A stretch of 64,000 nucleotides of DNA from Protoeuglena noctilucae (Eukaryota): NCBI GenBank assembly GCA_958009085.1, contig OY253687.1, positions 372,001-436,000 of the forward strand, given 5' to 3'. The position numbers and the translations under genes were made by a program. Positions 1-14,973 of this stretch are shown here, piece by piece; the stretch's first letter is position 1, and every line of letters starts with the position of its first letter. Below the pieces are notes generated by a model. That model was not told where the DNA came from and searched no databases. It was given only the letters and a program-made list of their open reading frames with translations.

Positions 1-2776
1 CCCGCGTTTACTGGCAGCTGTCGAGTCCGCGCATTCTGACGCTTGAGTACCTGCCGGGGACCAAGATTACCGATCTGGGGAAATTGAAGGAACAGGTGAG
101 GGGGGGTGTGGGTAGCAGTGTGGGTGTGTGAGTGTGTGGGTGGTGGGAGAGAGGGGATGCAATTGGTGTAATGGATTTGCAAGGACTGAGCGAGCTTGCA
201 CACTCGCAATCGGATAAGTCGGCGTGGCAAGACTAGCGCGTGGACTGTCCATAGCACATACCCAGCACCCACATCACGTCCCCGCATCCCCCACATCACG
301 TCACGTTCCTCACTCGCCCCTCCCCCCGCAGAATCAAGACCTGTCCCTCCTGGCAAGGCGCATGACCGAGTGCTACCTCACGCAGCTGCTTAGGCACGGG
401 TTCTTCCACGCCGGTGAGTAAGGGTGGACATGATAATTAACAATGTGATGTTGACATTGATTAACGATACGATATTGGCAGGATCATTGGAGATGTAGTG
501 TCACCTGACGTCGCTGCCACGGGATGGATTACTTGATCTCGTTAAGCGGGGGAAGGGGTTGCGATGCATACGTGCATGGCCACCCTTCCCTCGCTTAACG
601 AAGCCAAGGAATCCGTGTCGCTGCAGCCGCGTCGAATAGCGCTTTTAGTTATCATCTCAAATAATTGTCCGTCTGAGGTTAGGGTACAAATCGTAGATGA
701 TACCCCGGTGACCCCGCGTGCACGCCCGTGACTACTCTCACGCACTCCACCCCTCGCCCTAATCACGCCCCGTCAACTATCATTCTCACGCACTCCACCC
801 CTCATTATCTCTCCCGCAGACCCCCACCCCGGCAACCTGGCCGTCGATGCGCAGGGCAACCTCGTGTTTTATGATTTCGGTGAGGGGATGGGGATTAATT
901 GGTGATGACGGTGATTATTGCAATCGTTAGGCCAACCCCACCCCTCGCCTCTCACACTCGCTCGCACCCTCACCTGCACCCTCCCCCTCTCCCCCAGGCA
1001 TGATGGGCGAGATCGTCAGCAACGTGCGGGAGAATCTCCTGGAGGTCTTCTACGGAATCTACGGGAAGGACACGCAGCAGGCGAGGATTAATTTATTTAC
1101 ATAAAGATAATTATGATAATAATTACACATTTATAACTGCATATCTATGACATCTATCATGAAAACATAAAATATGAGTAATTACACCCATCACTCCATT
1201 CCACCCAGGTGTTAGACGCCCTGATAGCCCTGGAGATCGTCAAGCCCACCGGCGACTTGCTGTCGGTGCGTCGGTCGGTGTCGTATTTCCTGGATACCTT
1301 CACCAAGCAGACGCAGAGGGAGGAGACGATCCGGTGAGTGGGTGATAATAAGGGGGTAGTGAATGACGATGGGATGCAGTGGGTGATGAGGGATGCGCAG
1401 CGAGGGATCACTCTTACCAACACTGATGCGTACTCCTTACTTACTATATATTTACTATATAATCTAATTTAAATTTCTTATCGCAGCAACATTGGCGAGG
1501 ACCTCTTTGCCACTTTTACAAACAGTGTTAATAATCGTTTATAAAATAATATATTCATTACTTGTCATCCGCAGCAACATCGGCGAGGACCTCTTCGCCA
1601 TCGCGCTGGACCAGCCCTTCCGCTTCCCCGCCACTTTTACGTTTGTGCTTCGTGCTTTCTCCACTCTGGAAGGTATTGGAAAACGATTGGACGACTCATA
1701 TCGGTTCTCGGTGGTCGCCACGCCCTACTTCAACGAGCTGCTGGCCATCAAGGTGACTTCTATGTACTGGAGGGTTGTTATTAATACTAACCCTCTGCTT
1801 GATGCAACGAGGTGCTATCTCCACTGCCACCCCCACAGCCACCCCCGCTGCCACCCTTATCACCACCCATATCACCACCCCCGCTGCTTCTTTTTCCCTA
1901 ACCACAGGACGCCTCCCAGCGCGGCCAGCTGGTGCTGACCCAGCTGCAGCAACAGGTCGAGGCCCAGGCAGACGCGGCCGCGCAGGCCCCCACCCGCATC
2001 GCCAGGATCGGCCGGTTCGTGGATTCCCTCGAAGTGGGGGACCTGAAGCTGCGAGTGAGGGTGCTGGAGTCGGAGAGAGCCGCCAGGAGGGCGGGGATCA
2101 TGCAGGCCGCGACGCTCGACGCGGGTGAGGGGATGTGGATGCAATTACTGATTATGTTATCATGATAATGTATAATATATGATGTTTGATGTGTACTAGT
2201 GGTGGTGGATGGGTGCGCGTCATCCAGACAGCCACGCTTGACGCGGGTGAGAGCGATTTGACAAACATTGTATGTAGATTTTGTATGTATGATAATCGTA
2301 TGTGTAATAACACATAACATATACATCGCACGACATGACATGACGCATGCTGTGTATGTGCACGGCTTGAATGGGGCACGGCATGTGCAAATGCAACATG
2401 CTGGTTGTGGCTGGGTGGCAACTGCGCAGGTCCCCACACAGCCGCAGCCGCGTCTTGCATCTGCGCATGCCTCGCCGCATTCAAATTCAACTCGTGCCCA
2501 TACTGCAGCGTGCGCGATTCAAACACTTACGTTGAATGACGACCACCCACCACCACAACCCACCCCACCCAACCCCTTACATCTCATCCCCCTCCCTTTC
2601 CCCTCGCAGTGGGCGCTCTGGGATTTTTGAACCTGGGCACGCAGCTGTTTCTGGCGGGAAAGGACGTTCCCGCCACCAGCATGATGATTCTGACGGCGGT
2701 GTTTGCCCTCCGCATGACGCTGGGCTTCCGGCGCGTCAGAAACATCGATCGGTTCGAGAAGGGGATAAGGGGATGA
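1..2776 (+). CDS. ABC1K7: ABC1/UbiB atypical kinase, plastid ABC1K7 (SIA1)-like; 5'-truncated, 8 exons visible
   Basis: Spliced exons read PRVYWQLSSPRILTLEYLPGTKI / [31 protein letters not shown] / DLFAIALDQPFRFPATFTFVLRAFSTLEGIG / GDLKLRVRVLESERAARRA; stop TGA about 2774-2776. Confidence 0.88.
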
Positions 2777-3265
2777 GACTGCGGATTGGATAAGGGGATA
2801 AGGGGATGATAGGGTTGTGTGGGATGAGGTGATAAGGTTGGATGAGATGAGGGGATGAGGGAGATGAAGATGGGGTTGGGTGGGTTGAGGGAGTGAGTGG
2901 ATGAGGGTGGATAGGATGAGGGGATGGGGTGTGGGTGAAGTAGAATTGAGAGTAATGCGATGCTTTGCTTGTTCAATCTCTTGATGTCCCGTGACCCTCG
3001 TTTCCGTATATATGCCGTGACACTGACTTGCAATGTGTGCTTTACTGCCATTCGCCTTTCGACTTGCGAATAAACGAACTAAATGAGGCGGACTGATACC
3101 TAGAGCAGCGGATTTGAAACCGGAGATGATAGGGGTGATTATGGAGGTGCTACTTTCAAAGTAGGCAAGCGTGCTAAACAACAGTGAACACATGGGCCGC
3201 CGCCCCATCTCAGCGCCGCACTCCACCGCGTTTAAATGCGGCACTCCAATGCTAACAGAGAGTCT

Positions 3266-6200
3266 CTAAAAGTGCTTGCCGCCCCCCATCTTGACCCCCC
3301 CGTCCCTCCCCTGCCGCCCCTGCCCCGGCTGCTGGCTTGCGTGGGTGAGATACACCAACACCAGCGCCACTCCCAGCACGCCCACCAACGCACTGCGGGG
3401 GGGAGTAAATGAATATGATATGGGTGAGGTATACATGGTATATGGTATGATATAAACACCAACACCAGCGCCAATCCCAGCACGCCCACGAACGCACACC
3501 CCTATAAAAACCACCCTTCTCTTATCACCATTAATATCAGCATCGATTATAAACTACTCACCGGAACGGCAGCGCCCCCGGGTGCAGAATCAGCATGGCT
3601 AGTTAGTCCTAACTATGCAGTATCATTATCGCTAATTAACGTAAGCAGTATCATCATCGATCATAAACTACTCACCGGAACGGCAGCGCTCCCGGGTGCA
3701 GTATCTGTGCATAGGCGTAGACCCCCTCGTGCGACACCGCCAGAATGTCCGTCAGACCGTCACCGTCGAAATCAGCGACGATCAGGGGCTGGGGATGGGG
3801 AGGGGAGGGGTGGATGCGAGGTGTGTGAATGATTGAGTGTGGTAGTGTGAACTGCGCATACCCTACCCTTCCAGTGAGCGTGTGAGTGACTACCATCCTC
3901 TACACCCGCTGCCCCCCAACCCTTTCACAACACCTTACCACCACCCCTACCACACCACCACCCCTCACACACACCCCTCCACCCACCCCACCTGCACAGG
4001 CGGCACGCGTATGTCCATCGTCGTGAGAATGTTCCCGGCGGGAGACACCACCGAGGCCTTGAAGCTCCCCGCGGCCAGCATGACGAACTGGATGCTCTGA
4101 TTGGCCAATCGAAATGCCTTGAGGGTGGGCGTCAGGCGGTGGCTGGCGGGGGTGCCCTCCTTGTTCACCCACCAGGCCTCGGTGTAACGCTCCCACATCA
4201 GCCGGCCGTCGCTGCGAGTAAGGAGGGGGTTGATTGGGGGAGTGACAGTTGAATATTGATAATATTATAATAATGAAGTTGTTGTGGGTGGATGTGGAAC
4301 GCTCCCACATCGATCGGCCATCACTGCGATGGGTGAAACGAAGAGGATAGTTAGATATTGATGATTGTTCAGGACGGCATGGATGTGTAGCGCTTTCACA
4401 TCAATCGGTCGTCGCTGCGATGGGTGAAATGTGGAAAGGATAAGTAGATATTGGCTGTATTTTAATATAAATTATATGATGTGTGAGATGGTGTGGTAAC
4501 GCTCCCTGATCGCCACCCTGTCATTATAGACTAGTGTAGACTAATAACCCTCAACCAGCCCCCCCTTTACTCGCCTGGAGAACGCCACCAGCTCCCCCCG
4601 GCTGTTGAGGAACACGACCAGGTTATCGACCAGTGGCGACTTGGCCAGGTCTTTAGCAGCGATAGGGGCGGATGTGGCTTGGAGGAAAGAGGGGGCAGAC
4701 TGGCGCGTCACGGGGAGCATGCTGGGGGAAATTGGGGGGAGAGAGAGGTGAGTTGGTATAAATTATAATCAAATAATATAGCAAAGTGTGTATTATTAGT
4801 AGTAGTAGTAAATGTGTTACCAAGAAAATATCAAAATCACTATTAAAAACTACCGACCAAAGAATATCAAAATTATAACTATAAACCATACAATTAAAAG
4901 CCCAATTCCTCCCCCATCCCTCACTTGGGCACGGCGACCTCGACAGGTGCGCTGAGCACGGGCCCCCCCTGCCGGGCGACCGCGTAGAGGGCGCCTGTCC
5001 TGCTGAACTTGCACAGGCTGCCGTCGAACAGCCGGTGCTGGGAAGAGTACATGCCGCTGCGATGAGTGAGGGGTGGGATGGTGTGTTTGCATGGATGGGT
5101 GGCATGGTAAATGCATTTGCACAGACTGTGAGGGGTGAAGAGTGGGGTGCTTGGTCGTATTGCTCCTATCCACCCACCACTCGCCTGGTCACGTACCCCC
5201 AGCACCGGTTGACCCCCCCAATCGCCCGCGTGCCCTCAAACCCCGTCAGGTGGGCGTCCGCGTCCTCACCCACCGCCCTGCGATGTTTGGGAAGTGGAGA
5301 TTTGATATAGATGCAAACGAAGGAACCAGTTGCAATAATATTTTTTCTGTAAAATCCACCCATCTCTCGACTCACCAGGCGTGGTCGACCATGCCGTCCC
5401 GGTTCACGTCGGCGTGCAGCTGCCCCTCCGCCAGCACCACGCTGCACATGGCCTTGCCTGTTTGAACATCGACGATCTCAATGCCCTCGCGGGAATGGGC
5501 GACGACCGCGTTCAAGCCCACGTGGTCCAACTGAGAGGGGGATGGGGGGGCCAATAATGATAATGATGAAAATGGTAACTGTATATCAAAGAGCATGGAG
5601 TAGTGTATTGAGTAATGTATGCAAACCCACGTGGTCCAACTGAGAGGAGGGTGTGAGGATTGATTAACAGTAAGAAGTGCAGTCAAAACCACTATGTTTA
5701 CTGCGAACCATACCCCACTCCACCCCCTCCCCTCACCATCCCCGCCGCCCCCGGCGCCACCTCCACCCCCCCCTGCACCGCACTGCCCCCTGCTTTGGGC
5801 GTGCTCTCCCCACGCGCACCCCCCGCCACTCCCCCCATCATGTCGTGCATGCCGGAGATAGCAGAGACAACCGACGAGCCGTGCTTTGGGGTGGCTGCGG
5901 GGGTGTGAAGAGGAATTAGGGGTGAGAGGGGTGATGGGGAGTGGGTGGGGTGGGTGTGGTTAAGCAAGGGGCTAGGGAGGGCGCTTCCCCACACGTTCAT
6001 CCATGTGGATGCACCCGCGCTTCTCCATACGCTTATCACAATGCACCCCACCCCACTCACGCCTCTACATTTGCTCATTACAGTTAACACATATGCATCC
6101 ACCCCACCCACTCACGCTTCTCCATGTGCTTATCATAACCACACATATGCATTCAGATCCCCTCACCCCACTCACGCTTCTCCATATGCTTGAGATGCGG

Positions 6201-8228
6201 CCTGTCCCTTGCGTGTGCCTGGTCTTTGCTCTTGGCCATAAATGCCAGGTGAACGCTGGCATCATAGGGGCTGGCCCAGCGATGGGGGAGAGTGTGGGTC
6301 TGGGGGAAGGGGTGGGTGAGTGTTGGGGTGAGTGTTGGTGAGGGTGGCAGCGGGGGTGGGAGTGGGGGTGGCAGTGGGGGTGAGAGTGGGGGTGAGAGTG
6401 GGTGAGCATGACGCCACCCTCACCAGCACGGCGCGTCGGTACGCCCACCACACCTTCACCCAACACCGACACCAACAGTATCATCCAGTGCTATCTCCAC
6501 TCAAATTCCCACCCCTCACCAGCACCGCGTGTCAGTATGCCCATCACACACCCTCGCCAACATCAACACCACTATCTCCCACCACCCCTCACCAGCACCG
6601 CGTGTCGGTATGCCCCGCACGCCCTCTCCCCCTGCCTCCTCGCCTCCTCGACGGCCTCTGCCGTCATCTTGTAGTTGTACTGGTCCTCGAGCTCAAGAGA
6701 TCCAGACTTCGAATCCTGGGGGGGGGGGCGAGGGGAAAAAGAAGTGTCACACGGTCAACATACATGACGTGGCCCATCCCTCGTCGCCATCGGTCGCATA
6801 TGTGCTCAGCGACTAGATGAAAACCACCACTGTTACCCCTGAGTCACTCTCACCGCATCCTTCCCCTCCTTGCTCAGCAGCCAGTCCCCCGACGCGTGCC
6901 TCCACCGCTCCACCCCCGACCGCCCATCCAAGCCCGCCAGAAGCATCTCCTTGGAATCCCCGTCAAAGAACTTCGATCGCGGGGGGGCGAGGTCGTGCCA
7001 GGCCAGGTGGAACGGGTCGCCCTGGGTAGGGGGGGAGGTATGGGTGATGTACTGAAGTACAAAGAGACATGTACAAAGAGAAGTACAGAGAGATATGGGT
7101 GAAAATCGTGCGTCATTATGATGTTATCGAGGTGGAAGGGGTCGCCCTGAGAGAGGGAGAGGGGCAGAGAGATGGGTGGGGTTGTTACATCGTGATGGGG
7201 AGGTGGGGGTGTGCTGAGAAGCAACAAGTCATGTTACACATTCCAAACCGGGAGGTGCAGGGATATGCTAAGATGGAGAGAACTTCATTGCACACATGCC
7301 ATTCCATGCCCTGCCCCCCATGCCTCACCCAGGGATCATCGTCATCGATTGCCAAATCCACCACCCCGTCGTCCGTGTCACCCCCGCTCTCCAGCGTCAG
7401 CCCCACAATCACCGACCCGCGGTCGTGGTCCGCGATCGCACGCGGCGAGACGTGGACCGTCGCTTCCGACAGATACGCCCCGCGAGGCACCCCGTCCGGC
7501 CACAGCATGCGCGACCACAGAAGGCGCAAGTTGTGGTCGAAACAAAGCACGGTGCCGCCGGCCGTGACCACGACGACCACCATCTTGCGGAGCGCGGGCG
7601 GCGTAGGCGCCGGCTGGGCCCGCGGGGCGGGCGTCGAGGTGCGGGGCGGCGTGTCCTGCGGGTCCAGGTACCCTGCCGCAATCGCCACCGGGCGCAGCGG
7701 GTCCGGAACCTCGTCGCCGATCATCTCCGCGATCGGTACGTCCGCAGCGACCGCGGCGCGGCGGAATCCGTCCCCGCGGCGGCCGGGGCGCGACGGGCGG
7801 ACCACCTGCAGTCGACCAGCGGTCGTGGCCACCACCACCTCGGGCTGCCCATCGCCGTTCAGGTCTGCGGCGATGCGCGGGAGAAATCATCGCAGCTGAA
7901 CGAGCAGATGCGCGCGGGCGAGGCGGCGCGCGGGGCGGGCGCGCACCGGCGACGACCGGGCGCGGTCGCAGGGGGATGGAGACGTGCTCGAAGGTCTCCT
8001 CCAGCGCGCTGTGCTCGGCCAGCGGATGGAACCACGCCTCGCGGAACTCCACGCCACCCTCGCGCTGCGGAGAATGGCCGGGCGGGGGCGGCGATGGAGG
8101 CAATTCCGCCACGCAGAACGCCTTTGCAGGCCCAGCGCGGGCGGACGCCGCGCGTTCCGGCGCACCTGCAGCGCGATGTAGACGGCTACGACCGACAAGA
8201 GGAGGGCGAAGAGGTCGCGCGGATGCAT
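3266..8228 (-). CDS. FG-GAP repeat membrane protein, NERD1/At3g51050-like (multi-exon)
   Basis: N-terminus MHPRDLFALLLSVVAVYIALQ..FREAWFH; FG-GAP motifs DLNGDGQPEVVV, HADVNRDGMVDH, ADFDGDGLTDILAV; VLCFDHNLRLLW; C-terminal TM LVGVLGVALVLVYL. Confidence 0.85.
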
Positions 8229-9052
8229 CGTCGCCTCGTCCCCCGGCCGGGGGGCTCCTCGTCGCCCGCGACCGCAGCAGGGGCGATGGCCGCGACGGAA
8301 GGGTCGTTGGGGAGATGAGATAGAAGCAGTGGTTCTACGTGCCCACGGGATGAGCCCCCGGACGCAGATCGAGGAGCAAGGACCCCTGCCACGGCCGACA
8401 CCTGCGCTGGAAACTGGCGCGTCCCGAAGGGCTCCGTTTGAGAGCATCCCGCCCCAGCCTGTGCGACAACATCACGTACCATTCGAGATTAAACGCCCGC
8501 TACCTCTGCCTGACGCTAGAGACATCAACAAAACCCAAAAAGGTGCGTGAAAGGTCCAGTCCAAGCCTTGACCTCCCCCGGCCCTCCCGCGACGTGCTGT
8601 TGACACCGAAGTGTCGCTGTCTTTGCCAACGGAAGACTCCGCAGCCCCGTGGCCCCGCCGGGACCAGGTTCGCGGACGAGTCGGTCTTTTGCATGTTGCA
8701 CTCCCTTACTGCGAAGCAAAGTGCGGCTAGGGCACATGCCGTGGCCCCCGCGGTCTCCGGTAGAAATTTCGACTTCCTTGTTCTGTACGACCGCGCAATC
8801 GGCTCGCTCCGGCTTCGCACGGGCCGCACGGCCGAGCGGACCGCCGACGTCAGCTCCCGCGCGCGCCCAAGCCATGCCTTTGCCGGTCGAGACCGCTTTG
8901 GACTACGCGATAGGCCGGCCGCGGGAGCGCGAGGCTTGGCCTACACGCCGGGCGGGGAGGCATGCGGAAGGATGCGAGCGCCCTGGCGCGCGTATGCGGG
9001 ACGACGCGCGGCCCTCCCTCGCCTGCCTTGCAGGTCTTTCACAGCGCGCGTC

Positions 9053-9753
9053 ATGGGCTGCGGGTCCTCGAAGGCCGCCGGCGCGGACGCCGGCGTGGAG
9101 GCCAAGAAGGACGCCCCGCCGGCCGCGAGCACGGCTCAGCAGGCGGCGAAGAAGGAAGTCCAGCAGGCGGCTGACAAGGCGCACAAGGCCGACAACGACG
9201 CTGCCGAGTCGCAGGCGCACGACATGCCGGAGCAGACGCGCGACGAGGAGGCGCCGCAGGTGACGCGCGCGAGGACCTCTGGCAGTCGTCCCGCCTGTAT
9301 TTGGCATCGGTCGCTGTCCCGGTGCTGCCCAGCTGCGCCCAGAGGTCTTCCGGGGCGGAGCGGCGAGCGTTTTGCGCATGCCACGCATGGTGCCCCCCTG
9401 CGACGTCGCCGGGGCCCGCGTCAGGACCCTGCGCTACTTGTGCTGAGCTTTATGTGCCGTGTGATGTCCCTCTGGCCTCTGCTTGGCAATCGGCACGCCC
9501 CCGCCCCCGCCCGCAGCACCCGAAGGAGGAGTCCGCTGCCCCCGAGGCCCCAGTAGCCCCGGTCGAGGCGGCTCCGGAGGCGCCCGCTGCGGAGGAGGCC
9601 CCTGCTGCCGAGGCAGCGGAGGAGCCCGCGCCTGCTGCAGAGGAGCCCGCTCCCATGGCTGAGGAGCCTGCTGCTGCAGCTGAGGAGCCCGCTCCTGCGG
9701 CTGAGGAACACCACCACACGGTGGAGGGCGGCGAGGGTGAGGGGCAGGGGTAG
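9053..9753 (+). CDS. Small acidic Ala/Glu/Pro-rich protein with N-myristoylation/palmitoylation motif (exons 9053-9259 and 9517-9753, 147 aa)
   Basis: MGCGSSK start, in-frame GT-AG intron, EEPAPAA repeats, strong GC3 codon bias. Confidence 0.75.
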
Positions 9754-10185
9754 TGCGTCGTTTTGTCGATCATCTTATGATGCCGGAGCTGCACCATGTG
9801 CGAGGGGCTCGCGCGCCTGCCCGCAGAGCACAGCGCCCCTGTCGCTGTGGAGGCGAGCGCCTGAGGAACGTGAAGAGAAGGAGGACGACTAGGGAGGGTG
9901 CGGCGGGCTAGTAGCGACCATTTCTGCAATTTCTTAGCCGGCGTGTTCGCGCTTTGGAGCAGCCAAGCTCAGCTACGCCGGTATCGCAAAGTCCGTGATC
10001 CGTGAGGCATCTCGTTTAAGTAACGCTTGCCACGTGTCTGGGCTCGCATTAGCAGCTGCTTTCTTCGCTTTCTTGGGACGGGTAGGGTACTTGCTGACGT
10101 TGCCTTGTGGCTTCACCAGCACCACCGTGGCGTGCTGGAGGGAAGAAGATGGATGGATGGGATATTGTCGCGGGGCGCATTCGGC

Positions 10186-11159
10186 ATGGAGGCGCTGGGC
10201 GACGCCGCGCCCGCCTCGGGAGCTCCATGGGACGCGCCGCCCACCCCGCAGGTGACGATCGTCTCGTCATGAACCGATTTGTCACGTACACTCCCCTTCG
10301 GTGCCCGCGAGGCACCCTGGGACGAGTGGACGAGGGCGAGGAGGCTCAGGCACCTGTCGTTACAACGCAGCCTTGCCCTTGCCGACCCACGACGATCGGC
10401 TCGCAGTCGTCGTCGCGGCTGCATGATGTCGATTCTGTCGAATCGGTCAGATGACATCTGACCTTCGCACCGTCTCCCGTGACCACATTTGTCTCAATGA
10501 GGGTTCTTTCGTGGTATGAAGCCGCCCCCCTCCCTCGCACACGCAGCCTGCGTTCAAGCCCGTGCGCGACGGACTGCAACGCTTCACGGCTGCCGAGGTG
10601 GGCTGCCACGACCGCCGGGACGACGCGTGGATCGCCGTGGGGGGCCGAGTGTATGACGTCACGGACCTGCTGGCGGCCGGCGGGACCCCGCCCGCCCTCC
10701 TGCGAGCACTGGGGACCGAGATGACGAAAGATGCGTTTGCTGCCGCCACGCAAATGCACGCCGTCGCTTGGGACCACTACTACATTGGCGACATCGTCAG
10801 CAACCCGGCCCTGTCGACCGGCCTGCCCCGTCATCGCCGCAACATGTGCCGCGTCCGATGGCCGGTGAGAGCCCGCTTAGCCCGAGTGCGCGCAACAGCC
10901 ACCCAGCGTCGTCCCGATCCACAGCACGTCCCGTCTCGTGCTTTGCTTGCAGTCAGAGGAGAGCCTGGTGACCGACATAGACGAGGCCATCACGGCACGT
11001 ACGGTGCCCTGCTCCCCGCAACACGGCTCAGGCCGGGCCCGCCCCCCCTTCTGCGGCCTGCTCGCCGCTGCCGCCAAACTGGGTGCTGCAGCCGCTCTCT
11101 GCGCTGTCGCCCGCTCCCTCCTCGCCCAGGCATCTCGCATGCGTCGGCAGCCCCACTAG
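10186..11159 (+). CDS. Cytochrome b5-like domain protein; exon structure at both ends uncertain
   Basis: FTAAEVGCHDRRDDAWIAVGGRVYDVT...YYIGDI (about 10580-10800) matches the cytochrome b5 fold. Confidence 0.6.
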
Positions 11160-11498
11160 CTCCGTGGTCCTCTACGCCCTATTGGCCGTCCCCGCAGCGC
11201 TGGCATCTCTATGCCGCGCGCGATGGCCCCGTCCGTTCCTACCGCAGTTTCTGTCCCCACTCACTCTACAAGGCGCTTACCAGTCCCTAGTCCTGCCTGG
11301 CATGCGAGCACCTCAGCCGCTTTGCCGGACATCTCCCACGATATCCACCGTTAGTTCTACAGCTGCCCAAGGCATTTCCGTTCAAGTCCCCAGCATCCAG
11401 CAAGGGCCAGAGTAGACATGTGTTTGCAGCAAACTCCTAGTAGCAAACTCCTAGTAGTTTGCGGTGCGGAATGGGAAATACAGTGAGAGCTCCGCGCT

Positions 11499-12105
11499 TC
11501 ACCACGACTCGTCCTTGTCCTCCTTCTTGTTGGCAAAGTTGCTGACGGCACTGATGACGAAGCTCGCCACGATCGCGAAGAACATCAGCTGGAAGACGAC
11601 CGAGCCGATGCCGAAGCCGAAGCCGAAGCCAAACGTCGGGAAGATGGGGAACGCGGGGAAGAAGCCGTACGAGACGGGGGGCGCCACCACCACCGTCGTG
11701 CCACTGCGTGGGCGAGAGGGACGGCGCTGCGTCGGCGACGCCGGCGGGCAGGAGAAGACATGCAGTTGTGGAACGCAACAAGGCGCGACGCGTGCAGCGC
11801 GTCGCTCACCCGGCGACGGCCGGGGCCGCAGCCGCGCCGCGGGCGGGGGCCGTCCGCGAAGAGAAGTTCGAGCCGCCCGTGCGGCCGCCCGAGCGCGCCG
11901 CCTCCGCGGCGTCAGGGTTCACCGAGGACGTGAGCAGCGCCGCGGTTAGCACGGCTGCCGCCAGGGGCGCGGCACGGGGTGCCTCCTTCTCCACCGCGCG
12001 GCAAACCACCGCGGGACGCTGAACGGGGCGCTGGGCAACCCGCCCGGGCAGCCTCGCCAGGCCGCACTGCGACGCAGAGGGCAGGGGACCGGGTGAGCGC
12101 CTCAT
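11499..12105 (-). CDS. Plastid-targeted small membrane protein, OxR/At5g57345-like; start uncertain
   Basis: Transit-like VVCRA, AEAARSGGRTGGSNF motif, Gly/Phe-rich segment, TM helix and acidic tail KKEDKDESW; intron about 11705-11809. Confidence 0.65.
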
Positions 12106-12882
12106 GGCCTCGTTCAGGCGGGCAAGGTGGTCGGGTCGAGAGTCCCTCCGACCGGGGCGACCAGCGCAGGTCCGCCCGCAGTTCCACCGGCAGGGCGTGG
12201 AAACGATCGCAAAGAAAAACGCACGGGGGAGCTCGAGGAGGACGGCGCGCTCCGCTGGCCGGGCTCCGGCCCGTTGCACCGGGCCACCCAAGCCACGGCC
12301 GCGAGAGCGACGCCGAGGAGGCGCGATCGCGAACGCCCGGGGTCGCAAAGCGCGACTTTTGTGCCATTAGACCCCTCGGCCAGCGCTCGTTGGAAGCCGC
12401 GGCCGGGACGCGCGGGCAAGGCCCCCAACTTGCATGCCTACTACTTTCTCGAATTCTGCCCCGCCCAGGCCACGGGGAGGGGCGCGGCCGCTCGAGCCTC
12501 GCAATACGGGTCGAAAAGATGCTCACCGTGTGCGAAACCACCACCGCCGAGTTCATCTTCGCCGCAAAGCCTCAGACGCGCGTAGGCACGCACAGCCGTG
12601 ACGATCGCGGGAGTCCAAACCGCAGCTGGCTCGAGAGGGAGCTGCCGGGCGATGCGCACCAGATTGGAGGGTGACGAGTCGCGGTCCGCGCCCAGGAAGC
12701 CCCCTCGCTGGCTTGTTTCAGGCCCGCGGTCTGGCGCCAGACCCTCAGGTCGTTAGGTCGTCCGTTTGCCGTGGCAAAGTTCCCACCAGTTCCTCGTGTC
12801 GTCAACGTTGCGCGCAAGCGCCGGTGGCCTCGGAGACGCCGCGGCATAGGGCGAGGCGCCTGCGCGAGCTGGCCCGTGGCCG

Positions 12883-14801
<1,919 letters not shown>

Positions 14802-14973
14802 ATGTGATGAGTGGGACGCCAGACGTGCCACGGACTGACGTGCCAATTTAGGGCAGCGACACGTTGAAGCGGCGCGATTGGCATTGGACATCGTTTGCCG
14901 ATCTCTTCTGACTCGCTCCAGCTGCTGTAAGGCGCGAGAAAGCCACTCAGACTTAACACGGTGGGATGCGGTG

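Noticed and set aside
1081..1570. AT-rich intron islands as horizontally acquired DNA or MITEs
   Set aside because: No terminal inverted repeats or target-site duplications; confined to introns.
2790..2940. G-rich tracts as telomeric or interstitial telomere repeats
   Set aside because: No regular TTTAGGG/TTAGGG unit; same composition as the intron 5' tracts.
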